A stretch of 59,307 bases of DNA, filler included, from Deltaproteobacteria bacterium (GCA_016218805.1; 3 parts of 3 records of this genome joined end to end with filler, not necessarily neighbours in it); one strand, 5' to 3'. Shown: positions 18,567 through 28,432, counted from the first letter of the whole stretch. A program made the numbers and translations. Notes: generated by a model from the letters alone, not told the origin.

Positions 18567-19703
18567 TCAGGCCTGGGGAGTGGCTGCCGGGGAGGTTGTC
18601 GGGGCCGGGGCGTCGGCGGACGTGGGCTCCGCCGGCTTGGCTTCCGCCGGCTTGATTTCCGCCGCCGGCTGGGCTTCCGCCGGCTTGGCCTCGGCGGTCT
18701 CCCCGGCTTTCACGGCCGGTGCGGCGGCCGCGCCTTCGCCCTCGCGGCGCTCGTGGCGGTGCGGGCGGTGGCGGCGTTCACGGCCTTCGCGGGGCGCGGC
18801 GTCACCGTTCTTGGGCGCGGCGTCCTTCTCGCCCTCGCGCACCTGGCGCGGGGCGCGGCGGTCGGACGGCCGCGGCGCGGCCTGGCGGCGGCGGGACGCC
18901 TCCTCGCTGGCGGCCACCATGTCCATGGCCAGCCGGGCCGCTTCCTGGTCGGAGATGTCGGCCGGCTTCTGGGAGTTGAGCGCGGCCAGCGCCAGCTCGC
19001 GGCACACGGCAAAGTACCGGCGCTGCGTCTCCTCCAGCTTGTCCTGTGCCAGCTCCAGCTTCCCATCCGTCAGCGCCAGCACCTTCTCCGCGTTCACCGC
19101 GCGCTTGTAGAACCGGCGCAGCTCGTCGACGACGGGGGCCTCCAGCTTGGCCACGTCCACCCTGGCGCCGGGAACGGTGCGCGGCTCCGGCTTCTCCTCC
19201 GGCGCGGGGGCCGGCGCGGCGGCGGGCGCCGCCTCCTTCTGCTCGGCGCGCTGCACCCGGCGGCGCAGTTCATCCATCTCCTTCTGCATCTCGTGGCGCA
19301 CCGCCTGGCGGGCGTCCGCCAGCTTGGCTTCCAGCTCCTTTTCCGCCGCCGCCGCGCGCCGCTCCGCCGCCTCCACCGCGGACGAAAACCGCGCCATCAC
19401 CACGGGGTCCGGTGTGCTGGGGGCCTTGGCCGCGCCGGCCGGCTCGCCCTTGCCGTCCTTCTTGCGCGCCTTGGCGGCGCGGTCACGCGCCTCCTCCACC
19501 TGGGCCGCCTTGCGCTTCACCTCGTCACGCGCGTGGTTGAGTTCCTCCTGCGCGGCGGTCAGGCGCTTCTCCAGGTCCTCCAGCCTCCCGGTGGCCTGTC
19601 CGCGCGCGCGGTCCGCATTGGACGCACGCAGGAACATCACCACCGTCACCAGCACGGACAGCACCAGCATCAAACCCAGGAATGACGTCATAAGAGCCAC
19701 CAT
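18567..19703 (-). CDS. Membrane-anchored coiled-coil protein (TolA-like composition)
   Basis: Start MVALMTSF; single TM, long Glu/Lys/Ala coiled coils, AEAKP repeats at the C-terminus. Confidence 0.75.
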   Translation of the reverse strand: MVALMTSFLGLMLVLSVLVTVVMFLRASNADRARGQATGRLEDLEKRLTAAQEELNHARDEVKRKAAQVEEARDRAAKARKKDGKGEPAGAAKAPSTPDPVVMARFSSAVEAAERRAAAAEKELEAKLADARQAVRHEMQKEMDELRRRVQRAEQKEAAPAAAPAPAPEEKPEPRTVPGARVDVAKLEAPVVDELRRFYKRAVNAEKVLALTDGKLELAQDKLEETQRRYFAVCRELALAALNSQKPADISDQEAARLAMDMVAASEEASRRRQAAPRPSDRRAPRQVREGEKDAAPKNGDAAPREGRERRHRPHRHERREGEGAAAAPAVKAGETAEAKPAEAQPAAEIKPAEAKPAEPTSADAPAPTTSPAATPQA

Positions 19704-19833
19704 CGCTGCGGCGCGCGCCCGTGGGCGCGCGCGGGAAAACGGGACACAAACCACCGGACCGCGGGCCCCATGCCCGCGCGGGGGCGCTTGCCCTAGCACA
19801 GCCGCTGCCGCTGCCCCACCCCAGCACGGGCAT

Positions 19834-20265
19834 TCAGCGCAGCTGGACGCGGAGGTTGGTATTGTCAACCTGGGTGATGGCCAGTTCCAGCGTGTACGGG
19901 CAGTGCTCCGCGCCGCCCTGGAAGTCCCCGGTCTGCAGCCCGCGGGCAAACAGCGTCCCCCCCAGCCGGCCGGCGGTACCGGGGACCAGGAGGATATGTG
20001 CGCGCTGGTCCTCCACCACCACGTCCGCCACCATGCCCACGTTGGTCTCAATGGCCGGGGACGCGGTGAGCCGCTCGCCGTGATCCGCCAGGAGCACCAG
20101 GTGCACGCGGGCGTCGTCGTCCGCCAGGCGCTCACCCCAGGCCTGCCGCAGCGTCTGCCGGCCCTGCTCCGTGGGATCCGCGTTGCAGGGGGCGGGATGG
20201 GTGGCCAGCTCCGGGCAACCGGTGGCGGCCAGCAGCAGCAGCAGCGGCGGGAGGGCGCGGGCCAT
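19834..20265 (-). CDS. Hypothetical lipoprotein
   Basis: MARALPPLLLLLAATGC lipobox; beta-rich mature domain. Confidence 0.6.
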   Translation of the reverse strand: MARALPPLLLLLAATGCPELATHPAPCNADPTEQGRQTLRQAWGERLADDDARVHLVLLADHGERLTASPAIETNVGMVADVVVEDQRAHILLVPGTAGRLGGTLFARGLQTGDFQGGAEHCPYTLELAITQVDNTNLRVQLR

Positions 20266-20382
20266 GCGCACGGCAGCCTAGCCTCCACTCGGAGCGCGCC
20301 GCCACCCGCGCTCCACGCGCCCGTGCTGTGCTCAGGCGCCTTGTGGTATCGGGGTCCGTCTCAGCCATGGGAGGAGAGGCGC

Positions 20383-20579
20383 ATGCGTCGTACTGCCGCC
20401 GGGGTTGTGTTCGCGTTGGTCATGGTGGGCCTGTCCCAGGACGCCGCGGCCAAGAGGCCTCCCAAGAACGCGCCCCCGCCCGCGCCGGCTCCCGCCCCGG
20501 CAGCACCCGAAGCCCCCCCACCCCCCGCTCCCGCCCCGGCCACCCCCGCGCCGGCCGCAGCGCCCGCCACACCCGCCGC
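20383..20579 (+). CDS. Secreted protein, N-terminal fragment truncated by contig end
   Basis: GGAGGAG RBS; signal peptide MRRTAAGVVFALVMVGLSQDAAA then Pro/Ala linker running into Ns. Confidence 0.65.
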
Positions 20580-20679
20580 NNNNNNNNNNNNNNNNNNNNN
20601 NNNNNNNNNNNNNNNNNNNNNNNTTAATTAATTAANNNNNNNNNNNNNNNNNNNNNNNNNNNNNNNNNNNNNNNNNNNN
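20580..20679. other. Artificial contig-join linker
   Basis: N-run + TTAATTAATTAA (stops in all six frames) + N-run, 100 nt. Confidence 0.97.
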
Positions 20680-21069
20680 AGCGCAGCGGCAGTCCACGGT
20701 CAGAACACGCTGCGGACCAACTGGGTCCGTGGAGGGGAACCCCGTTCCCAAAAAGCAAAAAGGAATGAAACGAAAGGACGGATGAAGGAAGGGGAGGCGG
20801 CAGGGCCGCGATGAGCAAATTCGAATGGTGACCATGGCGGGGCGGCGCCGCAGCCCCACGCACCCGTCCGCCCTCGCGCCGCCCGCCCAGTGCAACCACA
20901 AACGGACGCAGCCCGGCGCATCCAGCACGCCGCTCCGTGCCCCTGTGCCGGGTCCACCAGAACCCGTCACCCCAGCGGCTCCCCGCTGGAGGCCCACACC
21001 CACGGGCAGTCACCGGAGCGCGCGGCGGGCCTTGCCATGCAAGGGCGCGCGGTGCTTCTGTAGAGGCCC

Positions 21070-22275
21070 ATGAGCGGTCACGCGGAGAAGGCGCCGGGAC
21101 GCCGGTCGTCGTCGAAAAAGCACCCGATGCGGCGTGTCACCGACCAGCCGCCCGGCGCCCGACATGTCTTCATCACGGGGTTTCCCGGGTTCATCGCGCG
21201 GCGCCTGGTGCGGCAGCTGCTGGTGGATGAACCGGACAGCCACGTCACCGCGCTCGTCGAGGAGCGCCAGATGGTCAAGGCGCGCCGCTGCCGGGAGGAC
21301 CTGGACGCGGCCGGCGCGCGGCGGCTGCAGCTCATCACCGGTGACGTGATGAGCATGGACCTGGGGCTGTCGGGCGAGGAGTTCGCCACGCTGCGCGACC
21401 GTGTCTCCACCGTGTTCCACCTGGCGGCCATCCACGCGCTCAAAGCGGACGAGGACGAGGCCGAGCGCATCAACGTGGGCGGTACGCGCGCGGTGCTGGA
21501 GTTCGCGCGCGAGTGCCGGCAGCTGGACCGCGTGGTGCACTTCTCGTCCTGTTACGTGGCCGGGGACCGCATCGGCGTCATCCGCGAGGAGGAGCTGTCC
21601 ATGGGGCAGCGCTTCCGCAACCCCTACGAAGCGACCAAGTACCGCGCCGAGTTGCTGGTCCGCGCCGCCATGACGGACCTGCCGGTCACCGTCCTGCGGC
21701 CGTCCATCGTTGTGGGGGACTCTGCCACCGGGGAGATGGACCGCTTTGACGGCATCTACCAGGTGGGCGTGCTGGTGGTGGCCAGCCCGCTGTACGTCCC
21801 GCTGCCGCTCCCGGGTGACGGTGTGGCTCCGCTCAACATGGTGCCGGTGGATTTTGTGGTGAACGCGTCACTGGCGCTGTCCCGTGACCCGCGCGCGGTG
21901 GGGCGGACCTTTCATGTGGTGGATCCCAATCCACTGTCCAGCCGCGCCGTGTACGACCTGATGGCGCAGAAGGCCGGCCGCCGCCCGCGCACGCTGCGCA
22001 TCTCTCCCGGCCTCACCCGGCTGGTCACGCGCATCCCCTGGCTGGACCAGCTGGTGCCGCAAGGCATTCAGGCGTTGCACTATCTCAACCAGCTGGCCAT
22101 CTACTCGTCGCCCAATACGCTGGAGCTGCTGCACGGCACCGGCATCATGTGCCCGCGGTTTGAGTCCTACGCTGACAAGCTCATGCAGTACCTGCGCGCG
22201 CGTCTCAAGACCGCGGCGCGCGTGGAATCCGAGGACCCGCTGGACCCCGCCCATGCCCACGCCCCGCCCGCCTGA
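21070..22275 (+). CDS. Extended SDR / NAD-dependent epimerase (male-sterility-like) oxidoreductase
   Basis: ITGFPGFIA Rossmann motif, VFHLAA, INVGGT, YEATK catalytic YxxxK, LRPSIVVGDS. Confidence 0.88.
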   Translation: MSGHAEKAPGRRSSSKKHPMRRVTDQPPGARHVFITGFPGFIARRLVRQLLVDEPDSHVTALVEERQMVKARRCREDLDAAGARRLQLITGDVMSMDLGLSGEEFATLRDRVSTVFHLAAIHALKADEDEAERINVGGTRAVLEFARECRQLDRVVHFSSCYVAGDRIGVIREEELSMGQRFRNPYEATKYRAELLVRAAMTDLPVTVLRPSIVVGDSATGEMDRFDGIYQVGVLVVASPLYVPLPLPGDGVAPLNMVPVDFVVNASLALSRDPRAVGRTFHVVDPNPLSSRAVYDLMAQKAGRRPRTLRISPGLTRLVTRIPWLDQLVPQGIQALHYLNQLAIYSSPNTLELLHGTGIMCPRFESYADKLMQYLRARLKTAARVESEDPLDPAHAHAPPA

Positions 22276-22639
22276 CGCCGGCAGCAACACCCGCGCACCG
22301 GGCGCGGCCCCGCCGCTACGGCGCGCCTGGCGCTGCTTTGCGCGCGCGCACGGCGTGCACCGGCCGCCGGAGGCCGGCACCGCGCGCCTGCCGCCGGGGC
22401 TCGCCAGCGCGCTGTGCGCCCCCACGCTGGCATGGCAGTGGATTGTGGCGCATGACGCGGCCGCCGCGCTGCCCGCGCCGGGCGCCGTGCACGTGGAGGA
22501 GGCCATCCTGGCGCCCGTCCACCCGGACGCCCCGCTGGACCTGGAACTGGGTCCCTGTGATGCAGCCGGCTGCGTGGTCACGTGCCGCCAGGACGGCGTG
22601 GCGGTGGCGCGCACCACGTGGCGGTGGGAAGACGTGTGA
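22253..22639 (+). CDS. Hypothetical protein, possible degenerate hot-dog (MaoC-like) fold
   Basis: Fills the gap after the SDR; GAVHVEE..LAPV..CRQDGVAVARTTW resembles a MaoC C-terminus; start uncertain. Confidence 0.35.
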   Translation: MPTPRPPDAGSNTRAPGAAPPLRRAWRCFARAHGVHRPPEAGTARLPPGLASALCAPTLAWQWIVAHDAAAALPAPGAVHVEEAILAPVHPDAPLDLELGPCDAAGCVVTCRQDGVAVARTTWRWEDV

Positions 22640-22653
22640 CCGCCCTCCCCGGT

Positions 22654-23562
22654 TCAGCCGGCCGGCGCGCGCACGGATGCCGCGGCCACCGCCGGGCCCG
22701 GCTTGTGGGTCGTCTCGTCCGCGGCCAGGCGCGGGAGGAACACGGACCACGGCTCCGGCGGCGGGTCGGCCGCGTGGAGTTGCCAGGCCAGGGCCAGCAG
22801 TGGGCCCTTGATCACCACCGCCAGCAGCAGGTTGACCCCAACCACCCCCAGCATGCCCGCCGCCGCCGCCAACGTGACGCCCGCGGACGACTCGGACACC
22901 CGCTGCACCTGGTCCAGGCATCCGTCCGACAGGGGGTCACCACACCGCGCCGGCAGGTAGCGTGCTTCGGGTACCACCTGCCGCACAGCCAGCACGTTCA
23001 CCACCGCGGCCGTCAACCCCAGCCCCACCAGGGCTGACATGATCTGCACCCCCAACAGCCCCAGGCTGGCGCCCAGTTGCACCAGGAGGCGGCCGCGCCG
23101 CGCGCGCCAGGACATGGCGTCCCCCACCAGGTTGGTGGCCAGCCCCTCCACCAGCGGGAGCGCGGGGACGCACGCGCAGCTCAAGAACAACAGAATCAGT
23201 GACGGCACCGTGGACGCGGGCAGCACAAACACCACAGCGGTCAGGGAGAACGCCAGCGCCGGCAGCAGGTCCATGGCCGCCACCGCCGCCACCTGCGCCG
23301 GAGCAATGGCGAACCAGGGCAGGCCGGCCGGCGGCGCTCCCGCCGGCTCTCCCGTGGGCGCGGGCGGCGGGCATGGCCGTGGCGCAGGGCCCTTGGCCAC
23401 CTGCCCCTGCTCCAGCGCGGCGTCGCTGCAACCCGGCGGCGGCGGCGCCTGCTGCTGCAGGCGGCGGTACGCTTCGCGCTGGCAGGTCAGGTCCCCCGCA
23501 GCGCAGTCCACCAGCGGGGGAGACCCCGCGGCCGCCACCACCGTCAGCAGCAGTGCCATCAT
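22654..23562 (-). CDS. Multi-TM membrane protein, paralog 3 of a tandem family
   Basis: ATGA-coupled; PLVEGLATNLVGDAM motif shared with the two upstream genes. Confidence 0.65.
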   Translation of the reverse strand: MMALLLTVVAAAGSPPLVDCAAGDLTCQREAYRRLQQQAPPPPGCSDAALEQGQVAKGPAPRPCPPPAPTGEPAGAPPAGLPWFAIAPAQVAAVAAMDLLPALAFSLTAVVFVLPASTVPSLILLFLSCACVPALPLVEGLATNLVGDAMSWRARRGRLLVQLGASLGLLGVQIMSALVGLGLTAAVVNVLAVRQVVPEARYLPARCGDPLSDGCLDQVQRVSESSAGVTLAAAAGMLGVVGVNLLLAVVIKGPLLALAWQLHAADPPPEPWSVFLPRLAADETTHKPGPAVAAASVRAPAG

Positions 23563-24272
23563 GGCTTCCTCGGGTCTGCCGGCGCAGGCACCGGCGGGGG
23601 GTCCGGCTCCGGGGCGGTGAACAACCGGACCAGTCCCGTGCCGTCGTCGTCCGTGCGCTTGCGTCCCTTGAGCGCGTGGTAGGCCGCCACCGATCCGGCA
23701 GGAGACACCAGCCCCGGCACCTGCACCAGCAGCAGCACCGCCACCGACACCACCAGCCACGAGCCCACGCCCAGCGCCAGCAGCCGTCCGTCCACCGCCG
23801 CCAACGGCGAGCCGGGCACCATGCGCGCCACGCCTGTCGCCGCGGCGGCCCCTGCGGAGGCCAGCGCGGCCAGTGTCAGCACGCCGCTGGTCCCGCCCAG
23901 TGCTACGCTGGCCAACAACGGGCCCCACAACGGCGCGCGCGCATCCCCCAGCCGGTCACCCACCAGCGCAACACCTGCGGCCTCCAGCAGCGGCCCCAGC
24001 ACCACCGCCAGCGGCGGTCCCAGCACGGGAACAAACCACAGCGGCAGCACCGTGAGCCGCAGGCCCAGCCCGCCCACGCCCTGGAAGGCAAAGATGAACG
24101 GAGTCTTGATCCACGGCTGCGGCTTCAACGGCGCGGCGGGCGGTTCTGAGCTGGAGAAGACGTCCCGCTGCATGTCGTCGCGCGGGGCCTTGTCCGCCGC
24201 GCCGGGCTTGTCCGCGGTCACCGCGCCCGCGGGCACACCCGCCAGCACGGCCATCAGGACCAGTGCGTTCAC
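23559..24272 (-). CDS. Multi-TM membrane protein, paralog 2
   Basis: GTGA-coupled; PLLEAAGVALVGDRLG motif; C-terminal KRTDDDG. Confidence 0.7.
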   Translation of the reverse strand: MNALVLMAVLAGVPAGAVTADKPGAADKAPRDDMQRDVFSSSEPPAAPLKPQPWIKTPFIFAFQGVGGLGLRLTVLPLWFVPVLGPPLAVVLGPLLEAAGVALVGDRLGDARAPLWGPLLASVALGGTSGVLTLAALASAGAAAATGVARMVPGSPLAAVDGRLLALGVGSWLVVSVAVLLLVQVPGLVSPAGSVAAYHALKGRKRTDDDGTGLVRLFTAPEPDPPPVPAPADPRKP

Positions 24273-25120
24273 GCTGCCCCCCCGGCCGCGGAGACGGGCG
24301 TGCTGCGCCGCTCCTCTTCTTCTTCCTCGTCATCCCCGGGACCGCCGAACGGCCGCAGGAAACCCGGCAGCGGCAGCCCTTTGCCGCGCGGCAGCAGGCG
24401 CGGCCAGTCCGCGCCGTTGTCGTCCGAGCGCTTGGGCTTGCGGGAGAGGTGGTAGCCCAAGAGCGTGGCCAGCGGGGAGGCCAGGTGTCCGGTCACCGCC
24501 AGCAGCGCCGCGGCGGCCGCCAACCCGCCCAACCCTGCCGCCGCCAGGGCGCCCCCGGCCACCAGCGGCGCACTCACCGCGGTGGAACCCGGCGGCTGCC
24601 CGGCCACGGCCAGCAGCAGCACGGGGACGGACACGGCCAGCACCAACTCCGACGTTGTGGCCAGCGCCGCCCCGACGAGCGTGGGTCCCAGGTTCACGAT
24701 GTACGCGGCAACAAACGGCCAGAACAGCGCGCTGCGCCACGGCCCCACGCGATCCCCGATGAAGGTGACCGCGCCGGCCTCCAACGCGGGCGCCACGACC
24801 GCGCCGCACAGGCCCACCACCGGGATGAACGCGGTCCACGCCAGCAGCCCGCGGGCGCCCAGCCCGGCCACGTACTGGGTGGCCAGCAGCGCGGGTCCGG
24901 CCAGAAACGGCTGCGGCGTGGCAGGCGCGTAGCCGCGCGGCAGCGGGATGTCCTGCGGGTCCTCCGGCGTGGGGGTACGCTTGACGTCGTCCTTCTCGTC
25001 GTCCTTCTCGTCGTCCTCGCCGTCCGGGGCCGGCGCGTCGGCGGGCGGGTCGGCCGGCGCGGGCGCGTCGGGTGCGGGGGCGGAGCCCACCGCCAGGGCC
25101 AGGGCAAGCAGCAGCGTCAT
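24269..25120 (-). CDS. Multi-TM membrane protein, paralog 1
   Basis: Signal peptide; PALEAGAVTFIGDRVG motif; C-terminal KRSDDNG. Confidence 0.7.
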   Translation of the reverse strand: MTLLLALALAVGSAPAPDAPAPADPPADAPAPDGEDDEKDDEKDDVKRTPTPEDPQDIPLPRGYAPATPQPFLAGPALLATQYVAGLGARGLLAWTAFIPVVGLCGAVVAPALEAGAVTFIGDRVGPWRSALFWPFVAAYIVNLGPTLVGAALATTSELVLAVSVPVLLLAVAGQPPGSTAVSAPLVAGGALAAAGLGGLAAAAALLAVTGHLASPLATLLGYHLSRKPKRSDDNGADWPRLLPRGKGLPLPGFLRPFGGPGDDEEEEEERRSTPVSAAGGAA

Positions 25121-25156
25121 CGGGCCACAGCCCATACGCGGGTGAATACCGCCGCA

Positions 25157-25639
25157 TCAAGAGCGCGCCGGCTCCGGCAGCGGCAGCGGCGCGGACATCA
25201 GGATCGCATCGTCGCCGTCGGGCGCGTAGTAGCGCGGGCGCCGCCCGTCCTCAGTGAACCCCAGTGAGCGGTACAGCGTGCGCGCGGGGGCGTTCTTGGA
25301 CCGGACCTCCAACAGGCTGCGCGTGCACCCGGCGGCTGCCGCGCGCGCGGCCCCCTCCTGCAGCAGCGCGCGCGCGTGCCCGCGCCGCCGCGCCGCCGGG
25401 TGGGTGGCCACCTCCAGCACGTGCCACTCGCCGGCCACGTGCCAGCCCACCAGGACGGCCAGCGGGCCGGCGCCGTGGTCCGCCACCAGGCAGCACGCCC
25501 GCGGATTGGCCACCTCCTCCTCAAACTGCCGCTTCACCCACGGGTGCGGGTTGGCCACCGCGTCCAGCGCCGCCACGGCGTCCAGGTCCTCCGGCGTGAG
25601 CGGCCGCAGCACCGTCAGGGCCCCGGCGCGTCCGACCAC
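25157..25639 (-). CDS. rimI: Ribosomal protein S18 alanine N-acetyltransferase (GNAT)
   Basis: PW, VATHPAARRRGHAR, LEVRSKNAPARTLY, RPRYY..DAILM; true start may be GTG 25612. Confidence 0.85.
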   Translation of the reverse strand: MVGRAGALTVLRPLTPEDLDAVAALDAVANPHPWVKRQFEEEVANPRACCLVADHGAGPLAVLVGWHVAGEWHVLEVATHPAARRRGHARALLQEGAARAAAAGCTRSLLEVRSKNAPARTLYRSLGFTEDGRRPRYYAPDGDDAILMSAPLPLPEPARS

Positions 25640-26262
25640 CGAGCCACCAGTTTCACCGGCGTGCGGTTGCGCAGCGAGTCAATGTGGGCCACCGCGCGCG
25701 CCTCACCGCGGCGCCGGGCCAGCACCGCGCGCGCCGCTTCCGTCCCCTTGTCCTTGAGCAGCGCGCGGAACTCCGCGTCGGCGCGCGCGGTGGCCTCCAG
25801 GTCCCCGTCGGTGGGCGCGGGGCCGGCCATCACCTCGGCCAACGCGCTGTCCAGGCGCACCTCGCGGCGGGCCAGGTCCAGCAGGTCGTTCTCCGGCATC
25901 TGCAGGCGCCGCAGGAACTCCTGGTAGGCATCATCACCGCCCAGCGCCGCCTTGAGGTCGTTCACGTAGGCTTGGACCTTCTCGTCGGTTTCCGGGAAGC
26001 GCTGGCGGCGCCGGCAGTCCTGCGTCACCAGTTCCTCCACCACCAGCAGGTTCATGACCGCTGCGCGCAGCCCGTCCTCCAGCGACACGCGCGTGGCACC
26101 CAGGTCCCCGCCGCGGCGCACCAGGTGCACGCGTGCCGCGCGGTCCACGTCGGAACGGGTGATGACCTCGCGCTCCACCAGCGCAGCCACACCATCCACC
26201 AGCACCGCGCGGGGAGACGGCGCCGCCGCGGCGGCAACCAGCAGGAGCGCGGCGGCGTTCAC
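25615..26262 (-). CDS. SurA N-terminal-like periplasmic chaperone
   Basis: GTG start overlapping the engB stop; signal peptide; VDGVAALVEREVITRSDV motif. Confidence 0.65.
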   Translation of the reverse strand: MNAAALLLVAAAAAPSPRAVLVDGVAALVEREVITRSDVDRAARVHLVRRGGDLGATRVSLEDGLRAAVMNLLVVEELVTQDCRRRQRFPETDEKVQAYVNDLKAALGGDDAYQEFLRRLQMPENDLLDLARREVRLDSALAEVMAGPAPTDGDLEATARADAEFRALLKDKGTEAARAVLARRRGEARAVAHIDSLRNRTPVKLVARWSDAPGP

Positions 26263-26903
26263 GGCGCCTCCGCGGCGTCCCACGCCACCTGCAGCAGCGC
26301 CTCGCGGCCAAGCTCTTCCATCACGCTGGTCACCCGCACCACGCCCGGTGGCAGCCCCAGCGCGCGCGCAATGGCCGCTGCCGCCGGCACGCGCTTGCTC
26401 TTGGCCAGCTTGTCCGCCTTGGTCACCACGGCCACCACGCTGCCGCGTGCCTCCCGCAGCGCGGCCGCCACCTCGCGGTCGTCGTCGTTGGGCTCCCGGC
26501 GGACGTCCAGCAGCAGCAGCACCGCGCGGTGGCGGTCCGCCTGCGCGTATTCGGACAGCGCTTGGGACACGCGCTTCTTCTCCGCATGGGACATGGCCGC
26601 AAACCCGTAGCCCGGCAGGTCCACCAGGTGGAGCGTGCGGTGGTCCACGCCGCGCAGCAGTTCCAGCTCAAACAGGTTGAGCTCACGCGTCCGCCCCGGC
26701 GTGTTGGACACCCGCGCCAGCTTCCGGCCGCACAGGAAGTTCAGCAGGCTGCTCTTGCCCACGTTGGAGCGGCCCATGACGGCCACCTCCGCCAGCCGCG
26801 GCGGAGGCAGCCCGCGCACGGACGGCGCGCCCAGGACGAATTTCGCCTCCCGGACGTGGATGCGCCCCGTGCCGCGGCCTGCCTTCTCCGCCTGCGGCTC
26901 CAA
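26259..26903 (-). CDS. engB: Ribosome biogenesis GTP-binding protein YihA/YsxC
   Basis: GRSNVGKSSLLN, SNTPGRT, DLPGYG, TKADK G-motifs. Confidence 0.95.
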   Translation of the reverse strand: MEPQAEKAGRGTGRIHVREAKFVLGAPSVRGLPPPRLAEVAVMGRSNVGKSSLLNFLCGRKLARVSNTPGRTRELNLFELELLRGVDHRTLHLVDLPGYGFAAMSHAEKKRVSQALSEYAQADRHRAVLLLLDVRREPNDDDREVAAALREARGSVVAVVTKADKLAKSKRVPAAAAIARALGLPPGVVRVTSVMEELGREALLQVAWDAAEAP

Positions 26904-26913
26904 GGCACCCTCC

Positions 26914-28350
26914 TCAGCCGGACCCGTAGCTGTGCAACCCGTCAGCGAACCAACCCAGGTTCACCCCCAGGAAGCCCGCCAGGATGACAAAGAACCCCGC
27001 CACCGCAATGGCCGCTGACGGCCTCCCCACCCAGCCGTAGGTCATGCGCGCATGCAGGTAGATGGCGTAGACCATCCAGATGACCAGCGCGCCGGTCTCC
27101 TTGGGGTCCCAGCCCCAGTAGCGGCCCCAGGCGTAGTGCGCCCACAGCGCGCCGGTGACCAGCACCACCGCCACCAGCAGGAACGCCACCATCACGGCGT
27201 TGTACGCGGCGCGGTCCAGGTTGCGCGCGTCCGGCAGCAGCCGCCGCACGCTTTCCGGCGCCAATGCCGTCACGGCCACAAAGCCCATCCCCACCCACAA
27301 GATGAAGAACAGCGCCAGGTCCCACTGGTTGCCGCTGATGTGGAAGCGCCACGGGCCCGCCGGCAGCAAGCTGCCCGCCACCTCGGCGGGCGGCATCACC
27401 GGCGCGCCGGAAAGGTCGTTGTACAGCGCCACGCCCAGCACCGCCGTCACCAGGCCAAACGCGCCCAGGTACAACTGGCGGCCCACGCCCGCCAGCACCT
27501 CCGGTTCCTCGTTGCGGCGCATCCAGAACCACGCCAGGCCCGCCACGCTGACCAGCAACCCCAGGATCATCAGCGGTCCCACGCCGGGGCTGGCAAAGTA
27601 GAACGGCTTCATGTCGCCGCCCATCTCCGCCACGGGCCGCACCACGCCAATCCATTCGCCCGCCATGTTGCGCATCAGGCGCGCGCGGTACTCCCCGGTG
27701 GTGAACAGCGTCAGCCCGCGCCCCTGCACAAACAGCACGCCCACCGCCGTGGCCAGCCCGCCCAGCGCCATGCGGTTGAGACTGACGCGGTCCTTGACCA
27801 GGAACAGCAGGCTGATGACCGCCGCCGCCGTCCCCGCCGAGTAACCCACCACGCTGCTGATGACGTGGATCATGATCCACCAGCTTTGCAGCGCGGGCAC
27901 CAGCGGCTTGATGGTGGGGTCAATGGTGAGGGACGCCAGGCCCAGCGCCGTCAGCGCAATGGTGAGGCCAAACAGCCCAACCAGCTGGATGTTGAACTTC
28001 ACCTCGCACACCAACAGCACCAGCACCAGCCCGTAGCTCATGAACACCATGATCTCGTACAGGTTGGACCACGGCGGGTGCTGCGCAAAGATGGCAAACC
28101 AGTGCATGCCGGTGAGCACCGTGCCCTCAGCGCGCTCGTAGGCGGCCACTTCCACCAGGCCGGATTCATACCAGCGCAGCGTGAGCCCCGCGGCCTGCGC
28201 CAGGAAGCCGCCGGCCGCCAGCAGGATGCTGAGGTGCCGCCACGACGGGCGCCGGGTCACCACGTTGGCCAGGTAGGTGAACAGCGCGGCAAAGTAGCCC
28301 GCGGCCGTCACGTTGAAGAACGTCATGCTGGAGAAGGTGCTCTGGCCCAT
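26914..28350 (-). CDS. ccsA: Cytochrome c biogenesis protein CcsA (System II), expanded
   Basis: HPPWSNLYE, LVPALQSWWIMIHV, WWD domain WGRYWGWDPKE, YLHAR, GLHSY; extra central TM segment. Confidence 0.92.
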   Translation of the reverse strand: MGQSTFSSMTFFNVTAAGYFAALFTYLANVVTRRPSWRHLSILLAAGGFLAQAAGLTLRWYESGLVEVAAYERAEGTVLTGMHWFAIFAQHPPWSNLYEIMVFMSYGLVLVLLVCEVKFNIQLVGLFGLTIALTALGLASLTIDPTIKPLVPALQSWWIMIHVISSVVGYSAGTAAAVISLLFLVKDRVSLNRMALGGLATAVGVLFVQGRGLTLFTTGEYRARLMRNMAGEWIGVVRPVAEMGGDMKPFYFASPGVGPLMILGLLVSVAGLAWFWMRRNEEPEVLAGVGRQLYLGAFGLVTAVLGVALYNDLSGAPVMPPAEVAGSLLPAGPWRFHISGNQWDLALFFILWVGMGFVAVTALAPESVRRLLPDARNLDRAAYNAVMVAFLLVAVVLVTGALWAHYAWGRYWGWDPKETGALVIWMVYAIYLHARMTYGWVGRPSAAIAVAGFFVILAGFLGVNLGWFADGLHSYGSG

Positions 28351-28432
28351 GTGTTTCCCTCGGGGGAACCGCGGTGCAGGATGAAGAGGAAGAATGTAGC
28401 GAGGGAGCCCCGACGTGTCAGCCGCGCCCTGC

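Noticed and set aside
20580..20679. TTAATTAATTAA palindrome flanked by Ns (also 51343-51442) as a biological site
   Set aside because: Identical 100-nt all-frame-stop linker used to concatenate contigs.
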